Positions 51,246 through 62,688 of a DNA stretch of 64,000 nt are shown here, piece after piece. The notes under the pieces were generated by a model. It had not been told where the DNA came from, did not search any database, and was given only the letters and a program-made list of their open reading frames with translations. Both the position numbers and the translations under genes were made by a program. Position 1 is the stretch's first letter; the number at the start of each line of letters is the position of its first letter. The stretch comes from Eledone cirrhosa (taxonomy: Eukaryota): NCBI GenBank assembly GCA_964016885.1, contig OZ024743.1:18042001-18106000 (forward strand), written 5' to 3'.

Positions 51246-52322
51246 AATAATATAATATACTTTTTGTTGTAGTTGGCTGTTATTGTTGTTGGCTATGTCG
51301 GTTGTGGTGCCGGGGCTTTTTATATTGTTGGTGAGGAAGGGGTGAGCCAGCAGTCCCATAATTGTTGATGTAGACGTTTGGCCGGTGGGTGGCACGGTCA
51401 CCAAGTCAATCTATTTATATCTTTTGCTAGCCTCTCTCTTGTCTAGTGCTACCGCCACCTTCCCTTTTCTCTCTCAAGTTAACAGGGGAATAGTGTCAGT
51501 AGCATTGAATGAGTGGTGGCGGCGTTGATGGTGTGGTGGGGTGGTGGAAGCGGTGGTGTTGTGGTTACTGATATAGTATCTATGAGTTTGTGTTCGTATG
51601 TTTAATATATATTTTTATTATATTTTGTGTTGACATATTCCCGTAAAATTTGAATTAAACATTTTTTTAAATTTGAGACAATAATAATAGTAATTATTAT
51701 TATGATGCTGGTGAAATTGCCGTTATCTGGCTGTTATAGTTAGTGTGATGGGATAGGTAGTGTATCAAGTTTCTGGTGTTGGTGAAATTGAAATTGCTGC
51801 TGTTCTATATAGTGTAGACAGAGGGTGTTTTGTTCCATTTATAACCATTTTCTTTTTTTGAATACAAAATATATAATACAGAATTGAATATTTGAGCGAT
51901 ACAACAATATAATATGGATCCGAAACTTTATGGGACCTCATTCGGTGCCTTTATGCAACATTTGTGCTAAGAATTGTTCTTTCACAATTGATTTAAATAT
52001 GTTAAAAATCAAAAAACTTACGGGAGCAATTTCGTGACGTTCTACCCCCTCGTGCGTCTTCTTCCCTTATTATTATTATTATTATTATTATTATGGCCGC
52101 ACATGTGTGAAGACAGACAAGTCTGCGGGGAAAAGGTTCGTAGCTTTAAGCTGTTTTAAAGTGTCTTTTTTTTTGTATTTTCTTGTCATTATTGAAACTT
52201 AAGGTACACATCTTGATTTAAAGAGCGGGATACCTCTCAATATTCGGGCTTTAAGCCCGAATATTCAGATTTATTTTTTAAAATCTTCGAAAAAAAAATC
52301 GCTTCCCCACCAAAAGAAAATT

Positions 52323-54301
52323 ATGGAAATGTTCGACCTTGAAACGGTAAACAACGTTCAGGTCAAAAGTTTAAAGGCAGCCACTGCAGATTTCACCACG
52401 ACTACGACGGCTACAGTCATGCCTGTCATCCACTCTACTGAATGTGAAGGCAAAACTAAAAAGCTACCATCACAACCCTCTGCCATAGCAGCAGTATCAT
52501 CTGAAAACGACATCACCACCACCGCCACCACCACCACCACCACAACAACAACTCAGAGCAATAACGACAAAAACACCGACAGCTTCAATGTAAACAAGGA
52601 TGGCGGTGGCAACAGCAAGAATGACAACAACAACAATAAGAGCATCAGAAACACCACATTTGCTGCAGCAGCAGCAGCAGCAAAAACAAAGCGCTTATTG
52701 AATATCGATATTGATATTAGCGATAAAGACGAACAGTTGGCCAAAGCGTGGAGGCTAATTAAACGGGAGAAGTCCTGGGCAAACCTGACCATCCCGGACG
52801 AAGCAATAGCGGCCATGCAAAGGAGGACGGTGCTCTTTCGATGTATTTCGGTGCAGACACGAAAAGTGGAACTTGCGAGCCAAGCAGAGGTAGAGGCTGC
52901 TTTGGAGTACATCGGAAGTAACATAGAGTACAAAGCAAGAGGCAAACAGTTCGGTACCATCTCGGTACTGTTCAAATCCGAGGACCTCGCTATTAAGCAC
53001 TCGGTGATCCCCTGCAGAACGGAACGCATTATCATGCATCCGTCCTATATGGGTAAAAGGACAGTGAAGGTACGCATTCCCAGCATCCCACCAGGAATGA
53101 ACATATGGTGGCTGCTGGGATGCGTAATCGAGGAGGAGACAGACACCACCCTCCTGGACATCAAAAGGACAGAGAGAGAAGACTGGTCCGGAATGGATTT
53201 GGAGATTCTTCTCCAAATGAAACCGGAGGATATAAATAACATCCCAGATTTTGCCCGCCTGCAGGACGGGACAACAATCCAACTAATGATTGACGGAAGA
53301 AGGCCACGTTGCTTCGTTTGCGGGGAAGCCACGCATCTTCAAGCCTTCTGCCCTCAGCGCAAAAATGCAGGGTGTCGCAAACCTCCTTTGTTGCCAACGC
53401 CAGTGTCAGCACGGAAAGCTGCACCACCACCACCACCAAAAACAACATCAACAAAAACACGGACACCAACATCAAAAGCAGCCGGATCACCACCAACACC
53501 AAAACCAATCCAAGGAGAAAACGAGGAAAGCTCTCCCACTCCCCCTACCCCCAACTATATACATAGACGAAAAAAAAATAAACGCACACACAGACACAGA
53601 GACACTCACAGACACAGACCCTTTGTCTTCCAGCAACGAAGATGGAGGAAAACCCAAAAGTGCAAAAAAACAGAGAAAACTCACAAAAAAAAAAAAAGCC
53701 CCAACAAAACACAAAAACACACACAACAAAAAATACAGACACCACTAACGCAGACACTTCCCCAATAACATCAGCACCATCAGCAACATCGACACCACCT
53801 CCACAATCCCCGAAACGCAAACAACCTAAACAAACACAAGTACAAATAAACACACAAATACCTGAAATTGCAGACACCACACCTACAACAAACATAGACA
53901 TACCCGAAACAACACCACCAAAACCATCGCCACCACCTTCACCAAAACGAAAACAAATAAAACCACACCAACAACATGTTAAAAACTTCGTGCTTGTCAG
54001 AAGGGCCAACGATAAACTGATGGCCCTCTTAGCGCGAAGCGAGGACATTCAAACAGAGGGGGAGATTTTTGAAATGAGCACATTTTGCGTGCCAGAAGAT
54101 TTGCTTCTGGTCCGAATGTCACTCAATTCCTTCAAAGAAATTCGAGAGAGCTTTCCTCAAGACGTGGGAAACCCGAATGTGAAACCCACATCAAGACTTT
54201 TAAAGGGGTTCCCAAAAGAAACCCCACCAACCATGGAGGTCGAACCACCCGACCTTCACAAGACCCGGGAGGTAAGTAAACCTTCCCCCTCTCTCTCTTA
54301 G
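52323..54301 (+). pseudogene. Tx1-A ORF1 (gag-like zinc knuckle), frameshifted in homopolymer-rich region ~53550-53700
   Basis: CFVCGEATHLQAFC (CX2CX4HX4C); continues in ORF 53642-54301, which ends 9 nt before ORF2. Confidence 0.82.
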
Positions 54302-54310
54302 CTTACCAAT

Positions 54311-57300
54311 ATGGCCATATTAAGAGTAGGAAGTTTAAATGTTCGCGGCCTCGGGTCACCCTGGAAGCAGGGTCGCCTGCTCAACGACCTCCGGTCGCTG
54401 GAAATGGATGTGATTGCCGTAAGCGAGACCAGAATTTCCGACACGCGTGCACTAGCACCCATTTTCGACGACTATCAGATCTTCGCATCTGTTAGCAGGC
54501 CGGGAATGGGGGGTGGGTGGCAGTGCTGTTTAGGAAAAGACTGGATCTCGAGGTAAGGTCGATCTTCCGGGACCCGGACGGTAATTTGGTGGTCTTGGAT
54601 GTGAGCAGTAGCGAAGGTGGTGCCTTTAGACTGCTGGCTGTCTACGCCCCTACAGGGGCCGGACGACCTGACTTCTTTAGGCGCCTGGAGACCTTTCTGG
54701 GTACGTCTCGCCCTTTACTGTTAACGGGGGACCAGAATGGCATCTTAGACGCACGCTGGGATTGTGTGGGAGTAGCCGATAGGAGCGGGGGGTGCAAAAG
54801 CCTCAAGCACCTACTCAGCCAGTTCCAACTGTCTGACAGGTATCGACTAGACTTCCCCAATGTGCCAGTATGGATATGGACCAACCGAATGGGGTCATCG
54901 TATATAGACAGAATCTTCATTAGGAAAATAGATAGAAATAGTGTGGGCTGTCCGCTTTTTAAAACGGTCGCCTATTCAGATCACAAATTTGTGATCTGTA
55001 CGGTCGACCTAAATAAAACGCGTAGGTTAGGACCCGGTTACTGGAAGCTGAACATGTCATTTCCGGCACGTAAGGCTTACAGGGACCGAGTCAATAAGTT
55101 AGTTAAGCAAAAGTTGACAGGGGGGATATCAACAACAGATGGTGGGGGGCTCTCAAAAGAGAGATTAGAGTAACTTCGATAGAGTTCAGCAAAGAACTAG
55201 CGTTAGAGAAAAATAGAAAGGAGGGGGAGCTGGTAGATAAGTTAGACGAGGCTATTTGTAGTGGCATCGCAACTGACGTGCTAGCGGCGAGAATGACATT
55301 AGATCATTTCTTCAATGCCAAACATGAAGGTTGCATTGTCAGAGCTAAGGCGCGTGCGCTGAGAAACGAGGGAACTAAAGCTGTTCGATGGGCCCGGGTG
55401 GCGGAGGCGCAGCGTGGTAATAAAACCACAATTCGGTCTATGGCGGACCGAGACGGACACGAGATAAGCGATTCCAAGCGGATGTTTGAGGCCTTTCGCC
55501 AGCACTTTGCTCGGTTGTTCGGGGAGAGTGGCGGGTCAGAGAGAGTAGCGGATTTCAGTCCCTACCTTGACGGCCTGCCGCGCATCTCGACGGTCGACGC
55601 TGAGCGCTGCGAAAGGCCGATTACTTCAGCCGAAATTCAGGACGCCCTTGTCGGCTGCATGAGGCGCAAGTCACCCGGTTTGGATGGCCTGCCCTACGAG
55701 CTTTACGTAAATATGCCAGACTTGTTCTCCGAACTCCTCGAAGCACTCTACTGTAACTGGCAGCAGAATGGGAGTATTCCCAATTCTGTGAGCAGGGGAG
55801 TGGTGACGCTGATAAGGAAAGACGAGAACAAGAGGGATACATTAGACAACTTCAGGCCCATAACTCTGCTCAACACAGAGTTTAAGATTTTGGCCAAGGT
55901 GTTAGCAAAGAGATTGGCGCTTGTCGTCGAGGATTTGGTTGGGGAGGCGCAAACTTGCGCAATCCCAGCCAGGTCCATACACGACAATCTCCACCTCATG
56001 CGATACATCATAGAGAGGGTACGGTGTAAACCTGGCTTCGGTGGGGCACTGATCAATTTAGATCAATCGAAAGCATTCGATAGGGTCGACCATCGGTATC
56101 TGGAGTTTGTCCTCAAAGCAGCTGGCTTCGGCCCTGTCTTTAGAAGCTGGATCGTTGCAATGCACAGCGCACACGCTCGGAGGTCAAGGTTAATGGCCAT
56201 CTCTCGGAACCATTTCGGCTCTCCCGATCGGTCCGTCAAGGGTGCCCTCTCTCTTCCCTTCTGTACGTATTGACTCTCGAGCCTTTACTGCGGAAGCTGG
56301 AGCTGTTGCAGGGCATCCCGCTCGAATCGGGACGTGGAAAGGCGGTGTCGGCTTATGCGGACGACATCACCGTGATGGTGTCGAACACTTCAGAAATCGA
56401 GGTGGTCGGCACCTTATTGAAGGAATATGAAAGGTTGACAGGAGCCAAAATTAACCCGGAAAAGTCGGTGGGCTTGCAGCTCGGAACCTGGAGAGGCAAG
56501 CCCATGCCGTCCAAGAGCGTCGTGGGGCACTGGACGGACGGACCAGTAAAGTTGCTCGGGGTTTGGTTCGGACCAGACCTCCAGGTGGAAAAGAATTGGG
56601 ACGAGGTAACGAGCAGAGTAGCCAGTCTCACCCAAAAATGGGCTGGAATGAAGCTATCACTGAAAGGTCGCGCGGACGTGGCGAATGCGTACATCGCGTC
56701 CGTTATCTATTACCGCCTAACCGTCGTGCCTTGCCCCCGTCCGCGCCTCGTCAAGTTGGAACGGCTCCTCTTCAAATTCTTGTGGAGGGGACAAGTTCCG
56801 TTGGTGAGGCGGTCCATCTGCTGCCAGCACCCTCTACGCGGAGGGCTGGGCATGCCGTGGCTAATGATGCGCAGACATGCGTTGAGGCTGCGACAACTCC
56901 AGATATTCTGCCTCAATGGTGAACAGGTGTGGTCGCCGTTTATCAGACGGGCCTTTCCGCAGCTCATTTCTTTGACTGAGCTGCAGTCCTGGGTCAAGAA
57001 GAGACCGAGACTGGGTGACTGGCACCTGGAATGTTGCCAGGCACTCACTGCCCTCTACCAAGCGGGCAATGCGATCAGTGGAACTTCCACTCTCGAGTTC
57101 TATAGAGGATTAGTGGTGGGCAAGTGCGATGACGCACTCGGAGAAGCGTTGGGCCTCGACGAAGTCGAACTGACCAGTCTGTACCGGAGGACTTTTGAGC
57201 CGGGGATGATGGACAATTTCCAGAAATCCCTCGCTTGGCAGTGCTACCGGGGGGCACTGCCGGTTCGGGATAAACTCTACAGGCACGGAAGTGCTGTCAG

Positions 57301-57724
57301 ACGGACCTGCCCAAGATGCGCACAGAACGACGAAACCGTTCTGCACGCACTTGTGCAATGTCCGTGCATTACTGACTTGTGGAGTTATGTCGAACAGCTA
57401 CTGTCGCGTGTGGAACGAATCCGGTTATCGGCCGAGTCCATAGTGAAGATCGAGCCGCCACCTTCCTTAAGTCAGGAAGAGCAGGACATTTTCCTCTGTC
57501 TAGTGGCAGTTGCGAAAGAGATTATATGGTGGACCAGGTTGAAAGGACTAAAGACAGACACTTTTCTCTTCGGCCAATCCCTCATCAACTTCTTCAAGTT
57601 TCACCTGGAAAGGAGGGTGAGGGTGGAGAGAAAAGTGCTGCCCCCCAGTACATTTGCTAAAAGGTGGGTGAATGTGGCGAGAATGGCTCGTGTGAATGGG
57701 CCTACTCTGACCATGCGCCTATAG
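54311..57724 (+). pseudogene. Tx1-A ORF2 (APE + RT + C-terminal CCHC), three apparent frameshifts
   Basis: RVGSLNVRGL, VSET, AVYAP, GDQN, YIDRIF, YSDH; KSPGLDG, FRPITLLN, DQSKAFDRVDH, YADD; CPRCAQNDETVLHALVQC; breaks near 54510, 55125 and 56165. Confidence 0.92.
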
Positions 57725-57999
57725 GCTGGCTAACTTGAGGAGAGGGGTGCTCTCCTGTGTGCCCTAGAAGCGCAGGGTGGTTCAGGATTGGTGGGGTACC
57801 CGAATCACCCCAGGGTCGTCCAACCCCTATCGGGGAATTTATTTTGTTATATGTTGCATAGTTTATTTTATATTTTTATATTTTCATTGTTAAATTAGTC
57901 TTGCCATTGTGCACTTTTACTCGACCTTATTGTAAACCCCCACTGGCCCTGTCTTTGTATTGTCCCCTACATGTCGGCCCTTGTGGCTAATAAATGAAA

Positions 58000-58056
<57 letters not shown>

Positions 58057-58057
<1 letters not shown>

Positions 58058-58242
58058 GGGCGGTGGATTGGCAGTATCAGTAGAGAGTCGGACACCATGC
58101 TTTCCAGCATAGTTACGTCCCTTTACGGTCTGAGTTCAAATCAGGCCGAGGTTAACTTTGCCTTTCATCCTTACGGGGTCGATAAAATAAAGTACCAGTA
58201 ATGTACTGGTTAATTGCTGGCCTTGTGCCAAAAGTAGAAACA
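58057..58242 (+). mobile_element. Full-length tRNA-type SINE inserted in the Tx1 (ATT)n tail
   Basis: Box-A-like tggcagtatcagt, box-B-like gagttcaaatc (~58132), central tttcatccttacggggtcgataaaataaagtaccag, (ATT)n tail; five copies or fragments in the window. Confidence 0.85.
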
Positions 58243-58266
58243 ATTATTATTATTATTATTATTATT

Positions 58267-60368
58267 GTTCTTTGAGTTTCACTTATTCATGTTATTTAAC
58301 TGGAAAGTTTGTTGAAATGAATATCAAGCCATTACCTGCAGCCCTAAATATTCAGGACGTATCGGAGGGTTTTTGCTGTTCCCAGCAAGCATGCCTTTTG
58401 AAGAGTTCCAAAAAGCGGGGCGGGACCAATTTTCTTTAACCATCGCTGGAAACTCTTTGAGATAGTACCTAGTGCGCCTATGACAATCGGGACCACTTTG
58501 ACTTCATAGCAGTTCCATATCCTTTTTACCTCCCAATTTAAGTCCTAGTATCGGTTAATTTTCTCCCTCTCCTTCTCTCGCACTCTCGTGTCGAATGGAC
58601 AGGCTACATCCACAATCAGGTACGATCTTTTTCCCTTGTCCAAAACCACCAGGTCATGTCTATTGTCTTCCAGTTGCTTGTCCATCTGTATCCTAAAATC
58701 CCACAGCACCTTCACCTGATCGTTTTCCCTCACCGACTCTGGCTTATGCTCATACCACTTCTCAGAATGTGGTAAATTGTTTACTTTGCACAGGTGCCAG
58801 TGGATCCTCCTGCCCATCACATCATGTCTCCAGCATTTATAGTAAGTCTGAGCAGAGATCTTTAAACTCGGATACAATGTGAGCCACAGACTGCTCTCTC
58901 TCTCCACAGATCCTACACAATGGGCTATCCTCCTCCTTGTAAATATGGTGTTTCAGCCACTTCGTTCCTCTTGTGGAACATGTTGTAGATAGTGAATAGC
59001 TTCCTAGTCTTCCTATCCATTTCTTTGTGTTCAGCAACATTCCATCTCAGAATTCCCGCACTGTACCTAATAATAGACACAGCTCGGGAATTTACTGCAC
59101 TTATTTTATTCCTACTGTTCAGATGTGACATTAATACGCTCCTTACTCGTTGTATTCAGATCTTATCAATTCCTTCATTTTTTTGTGCCTGATTTCATCA
59201 GCCTCCAGAACATCTAAATATTTGTATCCCACTTCAGCGTCAATTTCCTTTATCATCTCACCTGTTGGTACCTAGATTCCGTTCCTTCTACTCAATTTAC
59301 CACTCTTCATCACAAGGACTCCACACTTACTAATACCAAATTGCATACATATATTATTGCTGAAAATACGGACAGTGTCAACAAACACATCCAACTGCTT
59401 CTCACTCTTCACGAAGAGCTTAAGATCTTCCATGAAGAGTAGGTGATTGATGGTAAGCTCTCCCTTTCCCATTTTGTATCCTGCTCTCACTTTTCGTACT
59501 ATAAGGGTCAGGGGCATCAGGGCAAGGACAAACAACAGAGGGGACAAACTATCTCCATGGAAAATACCTCTCTTGATCCTCACGCCTCCCAAGGATTCTC
59601 CGCCCCATGTTAACACTGTTTTCCAGGACTTCAAACTTTTGCTCAACAATTTTCTGATGTTATCTGCCAGCCTGAAGATCGCTAGGCTTTTGGTTATCCG
59701 ATAATGAGGTACCATGTCGAATGCATTTTTGTAGTCTATCCTCCCATGTCAAGAAAAGTGTGTCTCCTCATGCAATTCCTCAGTACCATCTGATCAATAA
59801 TTAACTGGACCGTGTACCACGGGACTTGTTTCGGCATCCTCTCTGTTCGTCCGGTAACAAGTTGTTTGTGTCTAGGTGATGGTAGATTTCCTCAGACATA
59901 ATACTTGTCAACAGTTTCCACATTACGGACAGACATGTGATAGGTCTATAGTTGGTAACATCATTACCCTTGATTCGGTCTTTAATTATCAGAACTGTGG
60001 TACCTTCTGTCAACCATTCTGGTACCTCACTTGACATGAAGCAGTCATTGAACATGGTTGTCAGTTTCGGGTGGAGGGATGTTATATTGTTAATCCAATA
60101 CCCATGCACACCATCTGGGCCTGGTGATTTCCAGTTGGTTAATTTTTGGCCTGCCCCTTAAGAGTTTCAACTGTGATACTCAAATAAGTTTGTTGGTGTG
60201 CCTGTTCACTAATCTCCTTCTGTACTGTTTCAATCCACACTGCCTAGTCATTATGTTTAACATCCTGCTCCCATATTCCTCTCCAGAATGATTTAGTTTG
60301 TTCCCCCTCAGGGATCAAGTCGTTACCTCTTTCTTTCCCTTCAAGCTGTCCAAACAGCATCTTCTGGT
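58267..60368 (-). mobile_element. R4/Dong-like family A, older diverged 5'-truncated copy with an internal deletion near 58966
   Basis: Pieces 59801-60109, 59272-59715, 58925-59131 and 58545-58907; FHKR is joined directly to the TKWLKHH region. Confidence 0.88.
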
Positions 60369-60390
60369 TATTATTATTATTATTGTTATT

Positions 60391-62668
60391 ACTCTTTGAG
60401 TCTCAGTCATTGATGTTAGATAACTGGAAGGTTTGTTGAGATGAATATCAAGCCACTACCTGCAGCCTCAGATATTCAGGACGTATGGGAGGGTTCTTGC
60501 TGTTCCCAGCAAGCATGCTTTTGAAGCGTTCCAAAAAAGCGTGAAGGGGCCAATTTTCTTTAACCATCCCTGGAAACTTTTTGAGATAGTCCCTAGTGCG
60601 CCTATAACAATCGGGATCACTTTGAGTTCATGGCAGTTCCAAATCCTTTTTACCTCCCACTTTAAGTCCTGGTATCGGTTAATTTTCTCCCTCTCCTTCT
60701 CTTGCACTCTCGTGTCGAATGGGCAGGCCACATCCACAATCAGGCACGATCTTTTTTCTTTGTCCAAAACCACCAGGTCAGGTCAATTGTGTTCCAGTTT
60801 CTTGTCCGTCTCTATCCTAAAATCACACAGCACCTTCACCTAATCGTTTTCTATCACCGCCTCTGGCTTATGCTCATACCACTTCTCAGAATGTGGTAAA
60901 TTGTTTACTTTGCATAGGTGCCAGTGGATCACCCTGCCCATCACATCATGTCTCCAGCCCTTATAGTGAGTCAGGGCTAGGTGTTTACACTCGGATACAA
61001 TGTGAGCCACAGTCTCCTCTCTCTCTCCACAGATCATGCACAGTGGGCTAGCCTCCTCCTTGTAAATGTGGTGTTTCAACCACTTCGTTTTGATGGCTTG
61101 CTCCTGCGCAGCCATTAACATTCCTTCTGTAGCCTTTTTAAGGTCTCCTCTTTTCAACCAGTTCCATGTCTGTGGATCTCTAAATTCAGTTTTCTCAAAG
61201 AAGGTACTATGAAGGGATTTTTCCTGAAGGTTGCTCTTTCTCCTTGATGTTATTTCCTCCTTGGACATCCCCTGGCCTATTGTCCCCTCCTTCAGTACAG
61301 CTCTGAGCATTGGATCCTTACTATCAGTCACGTATTTGTGTAGGTTGTTTTTCTCCATCTGAACACAGTCCTCTATGCTGGTAATACCTCTTCCACCCTC
61401 AGATCTCCTTAAGTAGAGTCTATCGACATCACTCCTCTTGTGGAACATGTTGTAGATAGTCAATAGCTTCCTAGTCTTCCTATCCATTTCTTTTTGTTCA
61501 GCAACATTCCATCTCAGAATTCCCGCACTGTACCTAATAATAGACACAGCTCGGGAATTTACTGCACTTATGGCATTCCTACTGTTCAGATGTGACTTTA
61601 ATACGCTCCTTACTCTCCGAAGGTATTCAGTTCTTATCAATTCCTTCATTTTTTTTGTTCTTGATGTCATCAGCCTCCAGAACGCCCAAATACTTGTATC
61701 CTTCTTCAGAGTCAATTTCCTTTATCATCTCACCTGTTGGTATCTGGATTCCGTTACTTCTGCTCAACTTACCCGTCCTCATCACAATGACTCCACACTT
61801 ACTAATACCAAATTGCATACATATATCATTGCTGAAAATAGGGACAGTGTCAACAAGCACATCCAACTCCTTCTCACTCTTCCCGAAGAGCTTAAGATCG
61901 TCCATGAAGATAGGTGATTGATGGTAAGCCCTCCCTTTCCCAACCTGTATCCTGCTCTCACTTTACGCAGTACACTGATCAGGGGCATCAGGGCAAGGAC
62001 AAACAACAGACGGGACAGACTATCTCCCTGGAAGATACCTCTCTTGATCTTCACGCTTCCCAAGGATTCTCCAGTTGATGTTAACTCTGTTTACCAGGAC
62101 TTCATACTCCTGTCCAGCAACTGTCTGATGTTATCTGCCACCTTGAAGATCTCCAGGCTTTTGGTGATCCAAGAATGAGGCACCATGTCAAATGCCTTTT
62201 TGTAGTATATCCATCCCATGTCTAGACCAGTGTGTCTCCTCTTGCAATTCCTCATTACCATCTTATCAATAAGTAACTGGTCCTTTGTACCACATGACTT
62301 CTTTCGGCATCCTTTCTGTTCGTCCGGCAACAAGTTGTTTGTGTGGAGGTGATGGTAGATTTCCTCAGACATAATGCTTGTCAACAGTTTCCACATTACG
62401 GACAGACATGTGATAGGTCTATAGTTGGTAACATCAATACCCTTGATTCGGTCTTTCAGTATCAGAACTGTGGTACCCTTTGTCAACCACTCTGGTACCT
62501 CACCTGACATCAAGCAGTCATTGAACATGGTTGTCAGTTTCGGGTGGAAGGATGTTATGTTTTTAATCCAATACCCCTGCACACCATCTGGGCCTGGTGA
62601 TTTCCAGTTGGTTAGTTTTTTGGCCTGCCCCTTAAGACTTTCAACTGTGATACTCAAATCAGTTTGTT
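60391..62668 (-). mobile_element. R4/Dong-like family A, 5'-truncated and frameshifted
   Basis: Pieces 62091-62714, 61782-62063, 61627-61905, 60840-61715 and 60468-60773. Confidence 0.92.
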
Positions 62669-62688
62669 TATTATTATTAATATTACAG

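Larger units (their letters stand above)
47158..52066 (-). mobile_element. R4/Dong-like family B, full length; 5' end either ~51130 or, including the shared leader, 52066
   Basis: Single long ORF, distinct 3' UTR, (ATT)n at 47125-47157 and 52067-52094. Confidence 0.88.
52095..58001 (+). mobile_element. Full-length Tx1/L1-clade retrotransposon (family Tx1-A), few frameshifts
   Basis: 5' UTR, ORF1, ORF2, 3' UTR with aataaa at 57989; (ATT)n on both sides. Confidence 0.94.

Noticed and set aside
58057-58150. tRNA gene
   Set aside because: Box A/B-like motifs are present, but there is no convincing cloverleaf and the sequence continues into a SINE body and tail.
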